From NCBI GenBank assembly GCA_020184695.1, contig JAANOX010000153.1:186001-250000 (forward strand): a stretch of DNA of 64,000 bases. The letters are read 5' to 3'. A program made the position numbers and the translations under genes. This DNA is from Histomonas meleagridis 2922-C6/04-290x. Taxonomy: Eukaryota; Protista; Parabasalia. How positions within the stretch are numbered: position 1 is the first letter of the stretch; every line of letters starts with the position of its first letter. Under the pieces are notes generated by a model. The model made no database searches, was not told the DNA's origin, and was given only the letters and a program-made list of their open reading frames with translations. Of the stretch, positions 44,960 to 57,478 are shown in pieces.

Positions 44960-45790
44960 TAGCTCGTCTTGATTTCACTTTTGCTACATGTTTTAACCTG
45001 GCAATTTCTCTCTTAAGCATTTCGTTTCTTGAAATATTATAACTTCTTTTGATGAAATTTCTTTTTGCAAATTTGAGTATTTGCTTGCAATTGCTTTATT
45101 TCGTAATTTATTTCTTTTTCATCTTTTTCGTTTATATGTTTAGTTGAAATGAATATTTGTTCTTTTATGTTTATTTCTTTTAATTCGTTTATTTGTTTAT
45201 AATATTATAAGAATCTTTGTTTGATTTAATCGATTTTTCACACTCATTTAATTTGTTTAATGCTTCTTCATTTCGAGTTTTTAATGGTTCTATTGTTTTT
45301 TGATGCTTTTGCTTTTCTTGTTTGATTTGTTTTTCATATTGTTTTTTAAGAATTACTATATTTTCTTTAATAGAATTTATCTTTAAAAGATGACTTTCCT
45401 CAAGTTCCTCAAATGCTTCTACACACTCTGCTAATTTGGAATTGTTGAGATTTTTAAGGCGATTTTCATTTTCGGTTTTTATTATTTCTTCAAGTTGCTT
45501 TTAGATGCAATAAACTTAATTGTACCTGCTGTTGTTCTTGAATATTCTTTAATTATAAATGATGATTAGTTTTAATATTTGAAATATAAAGACGATCTCT
45601 TCTCAGCTTCAATACTATACGTTTTTTACAATTTCAACATTCATTTTTCTTTCGATTTCGTTAATTTTATTTTGAATGTTTATAACATCTCTACAAATTA
45701 ATGCATAATAAGTTTTAAGCCTTGCAATTTCATCTTCTGCAAGATTTATGTTTTGATTTACCGTGTTTTTAATTTGTTCTCTTAAAAAGA
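44960..45790 (-). pseudogene. Fragmented coiled-coil coding remnant
   Basis: K/E/N-rich frames (LEEIIKTENENRLKN...; INELKEINIKEQ...) broken by frameshifts and stops; boundaries approximate. Confidence 0.4.
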
Positions 45791-46218
45791 ATGTTAGTAT
45801 TCATAGCACAAAGATAATTAGGTTTTCAAAAAATTATGAATGTTTGAAATGGATTTTTGATCAAACGTATTAACACGAAATTAATACTAGTCGAAATCTT
45901 GTATTTTATTTTTTAATATGTGGGGATATTAAAAACAATTAAAAAACATAAAATCACTCATTTGATTCCAATATTGGAATAACTAATATGCTTATTTATG
46001 TATAAAAATCAACATAAAAATTATACAGTCAACTTATAATATTATAAATTGTCAGAATATTATAAGAATGATTTTTATTCATTTCGTTCCTTTTTTAACT
46101 TATAAGTTCAGAGTTTATTGAATATATTAATTCGATTAATAGAATAAAAACGAAATATAGATGCATATTTTAGAAATTTATCATTATTCCCAGACACCAC
46201 ATAGCAAAGTAGACTGAT

Positions 46219-46704
46219 ATGAGTAATGTTGAAGCTGAAATTGGTAATTTAAAAGAAGAAATAAGGTCATTAAAAATTATAATTCAAGAAATTCAAGCAA
46301 AAATCGAAAGATTGGAAAAAACCAAAATACATGAGGAAAAGGAATACACATGGAGCAAACCTTTCGGAGCCCAACCCAACAAACAAAAGGCAGATTTGCC
46401 TCTAAATTATTCACAAATAATAAAGTTGGCAGTTCTTGGAGTTTTAATTTCAAACAGCAATCACCAATGCCTGGTCGTCCTTCCTTGTCTGCAAGCACAG
46501 GATTCTCGGGGTTTGGTACTTCTTTTCATGATACTTCTGGTCTTGGACTGGGTCTTTTTGGTTCTTTTGGTTTTGGACAACAAGTTCGCAAGCGCTATCG
46601 AGCACCGTAACAAGGGACAAATGGGAGAACAGATTTCTCCAATCTCAAAGGAAGAAGCCATTGAAATGCAAAGAAAGAATTTCCTAAAGAAATCGATTTT
46701 TTAA
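46219..46704 (+). pseudogene. Probable frameshifted gene: N-terminal coiled coil and a Phe/Gly-rich middle segment in another frame
   Basis: The overlapping ORF 46350-46610 encodes GFSGFG/GLFGSFGFG, while the main frame in that stretch reads as an unnatural V/L run. Confidence 0.4.
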
Positions 46705-47359
46705 ATATTAACACACAATTTTTCGTAGAATTAACAGATATATGGAGAAATGAAATGTGAAATGAAGATATAATTTTTGTGAATTTTGGAATATTTTCAT
46801 GGGAAATATACATTTTATATGAGTTGTTTGAAATAACTTTTTTTGATGTTTGTTTCTTTTTGGAAGATCTATCCAATGGATATGCTTGAGTGAAACAATT
46901 AATTATCATAATAACAAGAAATGATTGAAAAATACAATTTCCATCATATTTTTTAGCATGAAGATATTAGCTTGGGAGTAAATTTGAATTGTTGCAGTTG
47001 TTGAGCTAATTTGTACGCGCAAGCTTACTCTCTAAATTATAAATTATTTGAAAAAAAATGTTGATTTTTAGAAATTTAAAAAAAAAAAATAAAAAAATAA
47101 AAATCATTTTTTTTCAAACTTTATATCATTTTAATTTTTAGATATTAATAATTATATTCAAAGAATTTTGGCTATAATATACATAATAGGATAAAAATAT
47201 GACAAAATATATTTTTTTGAGATTTATCCAAAAGAAGTCTTAATCAAAAGTTCCATCAAAATAATATTAAATTATATTATTAATTTGTAATTAAAAAAAA
47301 AATTGTTTCTCTTTAACATAATGAAAACTAAAATAATATTTATTAATACGCAAAATTTT

Positions 47360-50300
47360 TTAAGATTTCGTTGACTTTTTATTTGTATTTCTGATTTCTA
47401 CTATTGGAATTGGTGTATCAGAGAGAGGAAGATGTTTCGGAAACCATTTCTTTAAGTTTGTGTAATATATTTTTAAAGTTTTCACACGTTTTGTCTCTTT
47501 GAAGTATATCATCACAGGTTTCAACGATTCCATTTTCGGAACAGCGATTTTACAAAAGTCTTTGTTATCATTAAACTCAATAATCAAATAACTTGTGTAA
47601 CGTTTCGGAAACTTTATTCCGATTAATTCTTGTCTTTCATTAAACACATATGAATGACATTGAAGTTCTCCATTAAATGCCGAAGTATATGAAGAACTTT
47701 GTAACAATTCTCCACGAAAAGGTTTTGGCACAGAATAAACATTAGTAATGCTATTTGTCAATATATTAGTATTAGATATTATATATTGACCTTTAAATTG
47801 GATACTTTTAATACTAATTTTTTTACCAAAAATTTTCATTGGAATAATTCGACCGTTAAAATTAAGATTGACTGCTTTACCCGGCGGTTCGATTGAAAAA
47901 GTGGAAATCCCATCAATTTCGATTTTTAAAGGAAAATCACAAAAAATTATAAATTGCGAAATTTCAGTTTCATATTCCAATATTATAGAAAACTTTAATA
48001 TTGTTACGTCAACTTTATATTTAATCAAATGGTTATCATTTAAAAATATTTTTTCTGGAAGAACATTATTTTTACCGATTGGTAATTCATACATTAAAAA
48101 CATATTTGGGAAGTTACAAATATTCGAAAAATTATTATTTCTTTTCATATAAAAATCGATATTTTCCAAATGTTTTTTAATGAAAGGGTATTTCTCATCG
48201 ATAATTTGACTTTTCAACGTCAATAAATTTGATAATTTTTCCAAATTTGATTTCATTTGTATATCACAATTTTTACAAATTCTTTTATTATTCGAGAAAC
48301 AATTTAAACAAAAATATTTTGAACAAATTACACAATTAAAACAATGACTTTTCACTTTACATTTTTCACACACACATTTTTTTGATAAAATTTCATTGGA
48401 ACGAATCAAAAATATATTGTTAATGTTAACACAATTCGGAGGTAAGTTCCTCATTATCATAGTTTTCTCTAAGTCAAAGAAAGATCCATTATTTAAAAGT
48501 CTTTTGTATTCCCATTTAAACAAGTTCTCTATTGAATATTCTTCATTATATTGTATTAAACTTGGTTCTATTTGATTACTATATTTAAATGAAATTGATT
48601 TTTGTATTTTGTTTGTTGTTGTCGATGTTCCATATATATAAATTCCACTTAATGATATTTGTTCTTTATGAAAAGGTACAAATGAAAATGATATAAATCG
48701 AATCGGTTCATAACTAAACACATCGAAGTTCGGTCGATAAAAGTTATTATTCGTAGTGTCGAACTCTAAATGTAACATGTTTTTATCATCCGTTGTTTGT
48801 GGTATTGATACATTTTCAATAATTGGAAACATTCGATTTAACCATAGACCTCCATAGATATTAACACTAATTGCGTAGACATTATCGAATATTATTTCAC
48901 GGAGAAATGAAACTTCCGATAAAAATATTATTATTTGATTCGAATTTCCATTTAATACAAATTGTTTTTGTGAATTTGGATTTAATATTTCTTTGTTAAT
49001 GTTATTTGAGATAATAAATGATTTAATTGATTGTGAAACACTATAAAACAAATTATATTTTATCGAGATTAAACTTGTTATTAATTCTAGTACATTATTT
49101 ACAGGAGTTGTGTTCACATGAAATGTTCGTTTATGTAAAATAGTAAATAACTTTCGAATATATTTGTCATTTATTTTAATCGTCGAAAAATCAGAAAAAT
49201 TATGTAAATAATAACTATAAAATATTAATACATTCTGAATGACTTCTTCTGGAATTTTCTCAATATCATTAACACTTCGAATATCTGTGTCATTATTAAT
49301 AAGTTTTAATACAATTCGTAATAAATATAAAAAAGTTAAAATAATTTCATTTTCGAATTTGGTTCCAAAAGTAAATCGAAAAATTCCTTTTTGCTTCTTC
49401 TTTAATTTTATGTTTTCTTCATACGTATATTGATTATATCCATATGAATTCATATCAGATGCTATTGAACCATAAAAAGATTCAATAATTTGTTCGGTTT
49501 GATATGAATTTTCCCAATTAATTTGTATTAATTTTGTGCTTTTGGAATGTGGTATTAAGTCACATAATGTATGATATATAATGTCATTGGAAGTCTGTTT
49601 TGAAGGTAATAAATTTAAAAAAATTATTTCCTCTATTTCATAATTTGTTATTATTTGTTGAATGTAATCATTGGTATATTTGGAATAACCGTTGGGAACG
49701 TTTGTGGGCTTAACGTTCGTTTTATATGTGAATGGAAAATCTCCAAGAAGAAAAGTGTGTTGAAGAACATGACATTTATGATCATCACGAAGCACAAAAA
49801 TATCAATTTGTGATTCGTTGGATGTGCTTAATGTTTCATTAAGTTCATGTTCATCATGCTTAGTTGGGAAATTATGATACCCAATCAATAATAAACTAAT
49901 AGAAAGACTTGGAAATGTTTTGAAATATGGAGTGCCTTGGAAAAGTGATATACAAACATTTGGTATTTGAAGATTATCAAATGGTTTTTTTAATTGCGAA
50001 TTCCAACATGTTTTATTTTTGAAAATAAAATGTGAAGAATCAATTGTAGGTGAAAAAAAATGGGTTTTATTAAATGGAAATTGAAGAATTTTTTCTTCTG
50101 GCATGTAATTATTTATTGGTATTTTGGTATTAATTCGTACTGTTTCGAAGGAAAAAATTGACATAAATTGATGCTGATCAAATGCTTTAAATATGACTTG
50201 CGATTCTTTGACAAGAAATAAATATGTTGATTTAAGTGAAAAAAGATAACCGAAAATGTATTGAGCTTCAACAACCTCTGTAACAGTTTGATTATTTGTG

Positions 50301-50488
50301 ATAAAATTTATGGCTTGTTTATGTGTTGGAAAAACATCAATTCCAGGAATACCAGAAAAATATAATGTATTATATATTGGATCAATAGAAATTATATAAG
50401 CTTCATTGTGGGATGCAGTGGACACAATAATAAAACTTTGTCCTGGCTTGATTGTGAGAAATGTTACTCTTGGGTTGTTGTTACTCAT
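47360..50488 (-). CDS. SAC9-like phosphoinositide phosphatase homologue, probably inactive, with a Cys-rich zinc finger
   Basis: N-terminus AYIISIDPIYNTLYFSGIPGIDVF...AINFIT resembles SAC9; KQKGIFRFTFGTKFENE at the CX5R position; CEKC...CVICSKYFCLNC...ICKNC. Confidence 0.62.
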   Translation of the reverse strand: MSNNNPRVTFLTIKPGQSFIIVSTASHNEAYIISIDPIYNTLYFSGIPGIDVFPTHKQAINFITNNQTVTEVVEAQYIFGYLFSLKSTYLFLVKESQVIFKAFDQHQFMSIFSFETVRINTKIPINNYMPEEKILQFPFNKTHFFSPTIDSSHFIFKNKTCWNSQLKKPFDNLQIPNVCISLFQGTPYFKTFPSLSISLLLIGYHNFPTKHDEHELNETLSTSNESQIDIFVLRDDHKCHVLQHTFLLGDFPFTYKTNVKPTNVPNGYSKYTNDYIQQIITNYEIEEIIFLNLLPSKQTSNDIIYHTLCDLIPHSKSTKLIQINWENSYQTEQIIESFYGSIASDMNSYGYNQYTYEENIKLKKKQKGIFRFTFGTKFENEIILTFLYLLRIVLKLINNDTDIRSVNDIEKIPEEVIQNVLIFYSYYLHNFSDFSTIKINDKYIRKLFTILHKRTFHVNTTPVNNVLELITSLISIKYNLFYSVSQSIKSFIISNNINKEILNPNSQKQFVLNGNSNQIIIFLSEVSFLREIIFDNVYAISVNIYGGLWLNRMFPIIENVSIPQTTDDKNMLHLEFDTTNNNFYRPNFDVFSYEPIRFISFSFVPFHKEQISLSGIYIYGTSTTTNKIQKSISFKYSNQIEPSLIQYNEEYSIENLFKWEYKRLLNNGSFFDLEKTMIMRNLPPNCVNINNIFLIRSNEILSKKCVCEKCKVKSHCFNCVICSKYFCLNCFSNNKRICKNCDIQMKSNLEKLSNLLTLKSQIIDEKYPFIKKHLENIDFYMKRNNNFSNICNFPNMFLMYELPIGKNNVLPEKIFLNDNHLIKYKVDVTILKFSIILEYETEISQFIIFCDFPLKIEIDGISTFSIEPPGKAVNLNFNGRIIPMKIFGKKISIKSIQFKGQYIISNTNILTNSITNVYSVPKPFRGELLQSSSYTSAFNGELQCHSYVFNERQELIGIKFPKRYTSYLIIEFNDNKDFCKIAVPKMESLKPVMIYFKETKRVKTLKIYYTNLKKWFPKHLPLSDTPIPIVEIRNTNKKSTKS

Positions 50489-51052
50489 TGATATATAAAG
50501 TATTTAATTTTAAATAAACGTCTTCATCAAACACAACATCTTCAAATGTAAAAAAATCGCTTCAAATGTTTTTTCAAAAAATTTTTAATGTGCTAAGGCT
50601 TACTTTTTAAAGGCAATAACATTTTTAGATATCAATAATAATGGTAATATTTCTTCTTTGGATGCTGATATAATATCTGTTAAAAAAAATTAAATTCTTG
50701 AAACCAATCAAATATTTTTCGCATGCTAAATGTTTAGTAGAAAGCGCCAACTACATGGAGAAAATGAATTAATGAACTAAAATTTTTTGAATATGGATCA
50801 AAATGGTAGTCAAATGAAACCATTTCTCCTAGAAACAACACCAATTAGCATACAAAATAAATTCAAATGTCAACATAAATTTATGAAATGTACAATCAAA
50901 ATATTAACAATTGAAGATTGACACAAGAAATCTAAAATATATTTTTATTAAAGGAAAAATATTATTTGCAAAATTGATATTTGTATGTGTTAAAAATCAA
51001 AAATCAAAAATCAAAAATCAAAAATGTTCTTTACTTTATTTTATATTTAAAT

Positions 51053-52825
51053 TCAGTCGTAGCTTCTTGACTTTGTGTATAAATCGTTTTGGTACAATGC
51101 ATTTACTGCTTCGAACACGAACAACGGTGCTACGAAACCATTTTTCTTTACCTTTTGCAACAATTTATCTGAGCATTCCTTAATGAATGCTCTAAACTCT
51201 TGAATTGCCTCAACAACTTCGTCAAACGGCAAATTTACATTTTCCGTTTCACCTGACATTTCCTCGCTATCGTTCACAAAAGTGATCCTCTCCAAAAAGT
51301 GAACCATCTTCGGAATGTTCCTCTCAATTATCGGTGTCAGAATTTGTCTATCGCCGACTTTTGTGTAATTTGTTTCCAATGTAGAAACAGACAAAATCAC
51401 TTTCGAAAACGCTACTGATTTCCGAAATGATGTTTGATCGATTTGACCATTTACTATCCAAGCTTCAGGAGCATTAAAGCTTGGAACAATAAATCGTAAG
51501 AAAAATAAACCAATCACTGCTTTGTGATTGAGGTTTATATCCCCAAAATGTGTTTCACAAAGAATTCGAAGATATTTTAGAAAACGACGAATGACTAATG
51601 GAATATATTGAAGTGATTCGTTCGTTTTCACCCAAAAATAATTTAATAATTCTTCGATTTGTGGAAGGTCTTCTTCTTTGGGATGATCAAAATCAAACAA
51701 TGGATGTCGGACAATTTCTTCTTTGACTGGATTGATTGCATTATTGATAAATTCAGTTAGTTCCGATTTGAAAAAGGTTATAATCGTTTGGGTGAAGGCA
51801 TTGTTTTGGCGATATATTTCGTTTGGTGTCGATGCAAAATAAATTATTTCATAATATGCAAATTCTTTAAATAGGCGAAGACGCTGCCCATGTCGTAAGT
51901 ATAACTTAAAGAGTTTGTCAGTAAGCGATTTGGAGTTTTCTGACTCAAGAATACAATCAAATAATGGAATGCTGAAATTGAGATCATGAGTAAGAAGCAT
52001 TTGTTCATAAGATTCAACAAATGGTTCGCAAATTGGTTGTTCTATTGGTACAGAGTTGAATGAGTAACATATAAGTTGAGGTGATAATGGAATATCAGAT
52101 GATATATTTGACAAATAAGATGACCAAAGTTTGACATCTTTGGTAGCGAACTCTGAAATTTCACCTGATTGAGATTCAAGAGTGATTCCTTTGCTGGAAA
52201 TCTTGCAATTATCAGTAAAACTATAATGTTCAGGTGAATCAGAATCAGGAGATTCATATATTAAAATTTCGGAGGGCCGTAAGGAATTGGCAAAAAACGT
52301 GGAATTCTTCTTTTTGAGTTGAGCAATAAATGGAATATGATTATTATTGTATATCATTTCGGGCGTTAGATATTCTAATACTTTGTTCCAAAGAAGACTT
52401 CGCGTGGTTTGCTCGGAATATATATTTGTAAACCTTAATAATGACATAAAATGATATAAAATATGATTCAATAAATAATTTTGATCTGGATTAGCCTTAT
52501 TTATAACCATATCCAAACTAATCCATGAGCATGTTGAATCACTGTTAATTAAGTCTTGTGGAATGATTTTATGAAAATATGGTGTTAATGTTTGAACTTG
52601 GGGTAATACTTTTTTAGGAGCTGCTAGATAAATAGGTTTGTCTTTATGCTTTTGAAATATTTCAAAAAGGACATAAGGAACATCAGTAATTGGATATTCA
52701 TATGATGAAAAATCTAAAGAATTTTCGTCTGGCGGTGATATATTAGGTACCTCCCTTGTTGTATATTCTTCCTGCCCCTTAAATTTAAATATTGTTTGGA
52801 AAAGAAATGGGAGCTTTTGTTCCAT
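51053..52825 (-). CDS. RasGAP-domain protein
   Basis: EIYRQNN (arginine-finger region) and VIGLFFLRFIVPSFNAPE (FLR..P RasGAP signature). Confidence 0.8.
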   Translation of the reverse strand: MEQKLPFLFQTIFKFKGQEEYTTREVPNISPPDENSLDFSSYEYPITDVPYVLFEIFQKHKDKPIYLAAPKKVLPQVQTLTPYFHKIIPQDLINSDSTCSWISLDMVINKANPDQNYLLNHILYHFMSLLRFTNIYSEQTTRSLLWNKVLEYLTPEMIYNNNHIPFIAQLKKKNSTFFANSLRPSEILIYESPDSDSPEHYSFTDNCKISSKGITLESQSGEISEFATKDVKLWSSYLSNISSDIPLSPQLICYSFNSVPIEQPICEPFVESYEQMLLTHDLNFSIPLFDCILESENSKSLTDKLFKLYLRHGQRLRLFKEFAYYEIIYFASTPNEIYRQNNAFTQTIITFFKSELTEFINNAINPVKEEIVRHPLFDFDHPKEEDLPQIEELLNYFWVKTNESLQYIPLVIRRFLKYLRILCETHFGDINLNHKAVIGLFFLRFIVPSFNAPEAWIVNGQIDQTSFRKSVAFSKVILSVSTLETNYTKVGDRQILTPIIERNIPKMVHFLERITFVNDSEEMSGETENVNLPFDEVVEAIQEFRAFIKECSDKLLQKVKKNGFVAPLFVFEAVNALYQNDLYTKSRSYD

Positions 52826-53510
52826 TTTTATTCTGATTATTTACAGAAAATTCAAACCGTTATAATGTTTCAATTTTTCACTTTTCTTAGAACTTTGATT
52901 ACAATTTTGTGTTGATAGTACTTTTTGTATTGAAGTTGTGTAACGATTTAAGACGTGTGGTCATAAATGTACCTTCTTTATGCTCAGAAATTGCGATTTG
53001 AAAACGTAACTATTTTTTTGTAATCTTTGCACCAATTCACAATTTTGTTTCTTGTGGCTTCGCATATTTTTCTGAGAAATTAATCTCAAATTTGTTAACA
53101 GAAAATATTGAAAATAAGCCTCGCAGTACCATGAGAATATCAAAATGGATAAATTAATAATATCATTTTACAATAATAAGAGAATGATTTGAATTTAATT
53201 TTAATTGATGAACAATTGTCCAAATTTTTCACTTTTAAATATGAATATAACAAGAATATTATCCTTAGAAAATAGTAATCATTAAATACTTAAAGTACTT
53301 TAAATATTTTTATATTGATTAACAAACGTTGATCAACAATATCATATCTAATCAAAAGATAACATTGTAATTAATGAGCACAGTAACTAACAGATTATTA
53401 AAGGAAGCCAAAGCCATATATATACATGGGGAGATCTGAAAATATAGCCAACCAATTATTAAACGTTCTCTTTCGGGGTTATCCGAAATTCCACATGACC
53501 AAAGCAGGAA

Positions 53511-56288
53511 ATGCAAACAAGAAATTTTCCACTACAAGAAATAATTAATGCCATAGGAATCATGAGCCATGGTGGAAGTGCAACTGATTGTGAAAACGCC
53601 AACAAAATAATCATGGAATGGGCAAATTCTTCATATTCACTAATTCAATCTCTTCAAATTGTTTCAGAATGTAATGATGAAACGATTGTTTTAGGTGCCT
53701 GCAGTGTAGCTCTTAAATGTATTATTGAATCATGGACACAATGTCAACCTAATATCAGAAAGAACATTCGTGATACTTTATGTGGCAGATTACTTGGATT
53801 TGAATGTTCTCCTGTAACAAAAAGTAAGATCATTGAATTAATTGTTGCAATAGCACTTAAAGATTGGCCTGAAGAATGGCCTGATTGCCTTGACTCATTT
53901 ATTAATTCTGCGGCAACTTCACCAGAACTTTGTGTTCTTGATTTCAAAATCCTTGCTCAACTTATTACACAGATTCATGAAACAGATACCATTACAAATC
54001 AACGTCGAAAGCAACTAATTGAAGAGTTTAACAAGAACACATCCAACTTATTAGGCATGACCAACTGGGCAATAGGTAATATTGACTTCAATCTTGTTGG
54101 ACTTGATATGATCACCTGCATCAAAGCATTATGTTTAACATCGCCCAAAGAACTATTAATTATACCAGGATTTGTACCCACTTTGTTTAATACCTTTGTA
54201 TTAAATGAACTTACAAGTAATGTTGCAATTGATGCTGCCATAAATTTGTTTATTAATCGACCAGATTCACATGAAATTGTCAAAGAGCTTCTTGACCAGA
54301 TCATAGAAATTGCGTCTAATATCATAGAAAATGGATATCCTCCATCGTTTCCATTTTTCCTTATTCAATTCATCACTGAATATGGAGTTTCCATTGAAGA
54401 GATGTGTTATGGCGAAGAAGATAATATTGATGAAGAACTTATTAATTGGACACTTACGATTTATCGAGTTATATTACAAAACCCACCAACTGAAACACAT
54501 TGCGAAGAGTTTTGGCATTTATGGCGAAGTATTTTATATCGATATTTTCGTGCATCCAAATCAAAGAATCAATTTGATGCATTACAGCCATGTTTATTAC
54601 TATATAAAAACTTAATTCCTGAAATAAGGGAATCACTTTATACAAGTTTTACATCTGCTGGCGAAGGAGGAAAACTGAAATCAATTAATTGTCAAGCTTG
54701 TTGGATATTTCTAACTGCTATAGATAAGAGAGGAATGATTGAATTCTTATTATCCATTCAACAAATAACACCTTCTTTATGTTATGCATTCGGACTTTTA
54801 GATGCATGTCTAAATAATCAAGAAGAACACGAATTACTTTTAGGAATACTTCCGAAACTTTTTCAGTACCAACAGAATTCAAAGTCAATTGAATTCGGAG
54901 TTTCACTTTTGTATGCGCTATCGCATTCGATACGATTTTTGAATCAAGAAATACAGTTTCTGACGGTTTTCGGCAGTTGTTTGTATCATTTCTTAGAAAG
55001 TGAAGATTTAACAGTCCGTTCATCATCTGTAAATGCATTATATTATGTATCAATTCGACAACCATTACTTTTATGTAAAGAACCTGAACCAATATTTGGT
55101 ATGTTAACAGGTAAATTACCAGAATGGATTGTCAAGTTTGATGTTAAACATTCGATAAAACTCGCGAAAGTTATTGTAAATGTAGGCTCAGCACAAATCA
55201 ATGATTATAATTCAGCGGAAGTTTATAATTCATTAACGCATATAATATTACAAATGACACAATCAGGTAACATTCAACTTGTAGTAAATGCATTACAAAT
55301 AATGAATGAGATCACCAAAATCAAGTTAAATCGAAAAGAAATTGTCTTTTCACAATTTGTCGATATAATAATTCCATTATTACAAACAATTTTAGTTAAT
55401 AGCGAAGCGTATTTTTCACAATTAACAGAGACAATGACTTCAGTCATAAACACATTTGAATTTGAAGTCATTAAACAAATCATTGATCAATTTGTAGGTT
55501 TGTTATTACAACAGCCTCAATTTAAAGAAGTATCATTAATAATATTTTCAAGGCTACGTAAATATTTTGTTCAAATGGAAGTGTTTTATCAAATGATACA
55601 AGATCAATTTGTTCAACCATTATTACCTAATTTAGCACAAACACGTGTTGAAGTATATCCAATATTAAAGTTCTCACGTGCATTTAATCGTAGGCCAGAA
55701 ACAGTTGGAATATTATTAGAAATTTCAGCATATTTCATTACTGATGAAAGATTAAACGTCGCTAAAGAATCATCGAAAATGTTACGCACATTGATTTTAG
55801 ATTATTATGAAGCACAAAACATTAACGAAATAGTAAACTGTAGGATGCAAATAATGCAAGCAATATTCACTGCTTTGACGGATACATTCCATACGCCGAT
55901 TTTTAATTCATTGGCAAAGGCATTAAACGCATTCTTTAAAACAATTACAAGTTCTACTTATCCGCCTCAACAATTCGATAACGACGTTGTAACGTTATTA
56001 AAGAATTTAACAAATGATATGAATATGCTACGTAACTTCTCCGGTTATTTGAGGTTTAACGTGTTGGACTTCAAGCAGTTCGCACAAGGACTAAGGGACT
56101 TTCTGATTGCTGTGAAATGCGCTTCGAATTCAGATAAGTACTTGTTCAAGCAGGAAATCAAAATGGATAATTTGACAGAGGAATTGATGAGCATTGTGTC
56201 GGCGGAAGAAAGAGACGCAATAAAGGCTGAGGAAATAGAAGCGCTGCCAGATTTGGCTCAGCTGGCATTACAAGTTGCTAAGTTTTAA
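53511..56288 (+). CDS. Exportin-1 (CRM1)-like karyopherin, divergent
   Basis: ANKIIMEW, KSKIIELIVAIALKDWPEEWPDCLDSFI (Xpo1 domain); C-terminal FAQGLRDFLIAVK. Confidence 0.78.
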   Translation: MQTRNFPLQEIINAIGIMSHGGSATDCENANKIIMEWANSSYSLIQSLQIVSECNDETIVLGACSVALKCIIESWTQCQPNIRKNIRDTLCGRLLGFECSPVTKSKIIELIVAIALKDWPEEWPDCLDSFINSAATSPELCVLDFKILAQLITQIHETDTITNQRRKQLIEEFNKNTSNLLGMTNWAIGNIDFNLVGLDMITCIKALCLTSPKELLIIPGFVPTLFNTFVLNELTSNVAIDAAINLFINRPDSHEIVKELLDQIIEIASNIIENGYPPSFPFFLIQFITEYGVSIEEMCYGEEDNIDEELINWTLTIYRVILQNPPTETHCEEFWHLWRSILYRYFRASKSKNQFDALQPCLLLYKNLIPEIRESLYTSFTSAGEGGKLKSINCQACWIFLTAIDKRGMIEFLLSIQQITPSLCYAFGLLDACLNNQEEHELLLGILPKLFQYQQNSKSIEFGVSLLYALSHSIRFLNQEIQFLTVFGSCLYHFLESEDLTVRSSSVNALYYVSIRQPLLLCKEPEPIFGMLTGKLPEWIVKFDVKHSIKLAKVIVNVGSAQINDYNSAEVYNSLTHIILQMTQSGNIQLVVNALQIMNEITKIKLNRKEIVFSQFVDIIIPLLQTILVNSEAYFSQLTETMTSVINTFEFEVIKQIIDQFVGLLLQQPQFKEVSLIIFSRLRKYFVQMEVFYQMIQDQFVQPLLPNLAQTRVEVYPILKFSRAFNRRPETVGILLEISAYFITDERLNVAKESSKMLRTLILDYYEAQNINEIVNCRMQIMQAIFTALTDTFHTPIFNSLAKALNAFFKTITSSTYPPQQFDNDVVTLLKNLTNDMNMLRNFSGYLRFNVLDFKQFAQGLRDFLIAVKCASNSDKYLFKQEIKMDNLTEELMSIVSAEERDAIKAEEIEALPDLAQLALQVAKF

Positions 56289-56487
56289 GCCGTTTATGAT
56301 ATGTTTTATTTTAAATAAATTTTAAAATGTTTTTATATATGACAATGAATTTAATTATTTTTTTTAATTTTAATTTTGTTTTGGTTTTATTTTACGTATA
56401 ACACATAGAACTTTACGAACAGTGAAAAGAACTTTACGAACAACGAAAAGAACATGCGAAAAGTGACAATGCAAATTCGGCCGTGGA

Positions 56488-57447
56488 ATGGAAACAAAAA
56501 CACATGCACAGAAAGCATGGGATTTTTGGAAGCAGTTCGGAGAAAAACCTATCTGCTTAGCTCCAATGGCTGAAGTTAATGATTTGGCTTTTCGTATTTT
56601 ATGTAGAAATCATGGATTAAAAGTTTGTTATACTGGAATGATAAATGCTTACCAATGGAATCAAGGACATCGTTACCAAAGTAGAGTATTTAATACATGC
56701 GAAATCGATCATCCATTGATCGCACAAATTTCAGGATCAAATATAGATTCAATTGTAACTGCAGCTATTGACTTATCCAAGTACTGTGATGCAATTGATA
56801 TAAATCTTGGATGTACTCAACACATTGCCAAGCGTGGAGGTTATGGATATTTTATGGTCGATACAGAAGAAAAGCGAAATAATTCGTTGCATTTATTTAC
56901 TCGTCTTTCATCAGAGGTTTCTGTTCCCATCACAGCTAAAATCAGAATCTTTTCTACAGAAGATAATCAACCAGATTCAAATCTCACAATTCAATATGCG
57001 AAACAACTTCAAGAATGTGGAGTCTCTGTTATCGAGATACATGGGAGGTTCCAACAACGAGATAAAAAAGCAGAAGTTCTTACAAATATCATTAAAGATG
57101 TTGTCCAATCGCTTGATATTCCTGTGATTGCAAACGGAGGTATTTGTTCACTCGAAGACGCTGAAAAAATGTTTTCAGAGACAGGAGCAGCTGGCGTTAT
57201 GGTCGGACAAGCGCTTCTTTCCGATCCGACAAAATTCGATCCAAACGGTCAAAAACCGCTGAAGGAATTTTCGATCGAATATCTCGAAATCGCAAAGAAA
57301 TACCCTGAAATTGGTTTCTTCTACCTTAGGAAGCATTTCTATAATTTCTTTGCAGAAATTATTAAGAAAAATCCTGGTATCGAAAAGGAAATTGGCGAAG
57401 CAGAAACATATGAACAGTTATTGAACTTCGCAAATAAATACTCTTAA
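56488..57447 (+). CDS. tRNA-dihydrouridine synthase (Dus1-like)
   Basis: CLAPMAEVNDLAFRILCR, PLIAQISG, IDINLGCTQHIAKRGGYG, PITAKIR, IHGR, IPVIANGGI. Confidence 0.9.
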   Translation: METKTHAQKAWDFWKQFGEKPICLAPMAEVNDLAFRILCRNHGLKVCYTGMINAYQWNQGHRYQSRVFNTCEIDHPLIAQISGSNIDSIVTAAIDLSKYCDAIDINLGCTQHIAKRGGYGYFMVDTEEKRNNSLHLFTRLSSEVSVPITAKIRIFSTEDNQPDSNLTIQYAKQLQECGVSVIEIHGRFQQRDKKAEVLTNIIKDVVQSLDIPVIANGGICSLEDAEKMFSETGAAGVMVGQALLSDPTKFDPNGQKPLKEFSIEYLEIAKKYPEIGFFYLRKHFYNFFAEIIKKNPGIEKEIGEAETYEQLLNFANKYS

Positions 57448-57478
57448 TAAATAAAATATTTTGTGTGTTAATTGTTTT

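Noticed and set aside
56405-56460. Short direct repeats (GAACTTTACGAACA twice) upstream of DUS1, and (AAAAATC)x4 near 50995
   Set aside because: Too short and low-complexity to assign a function
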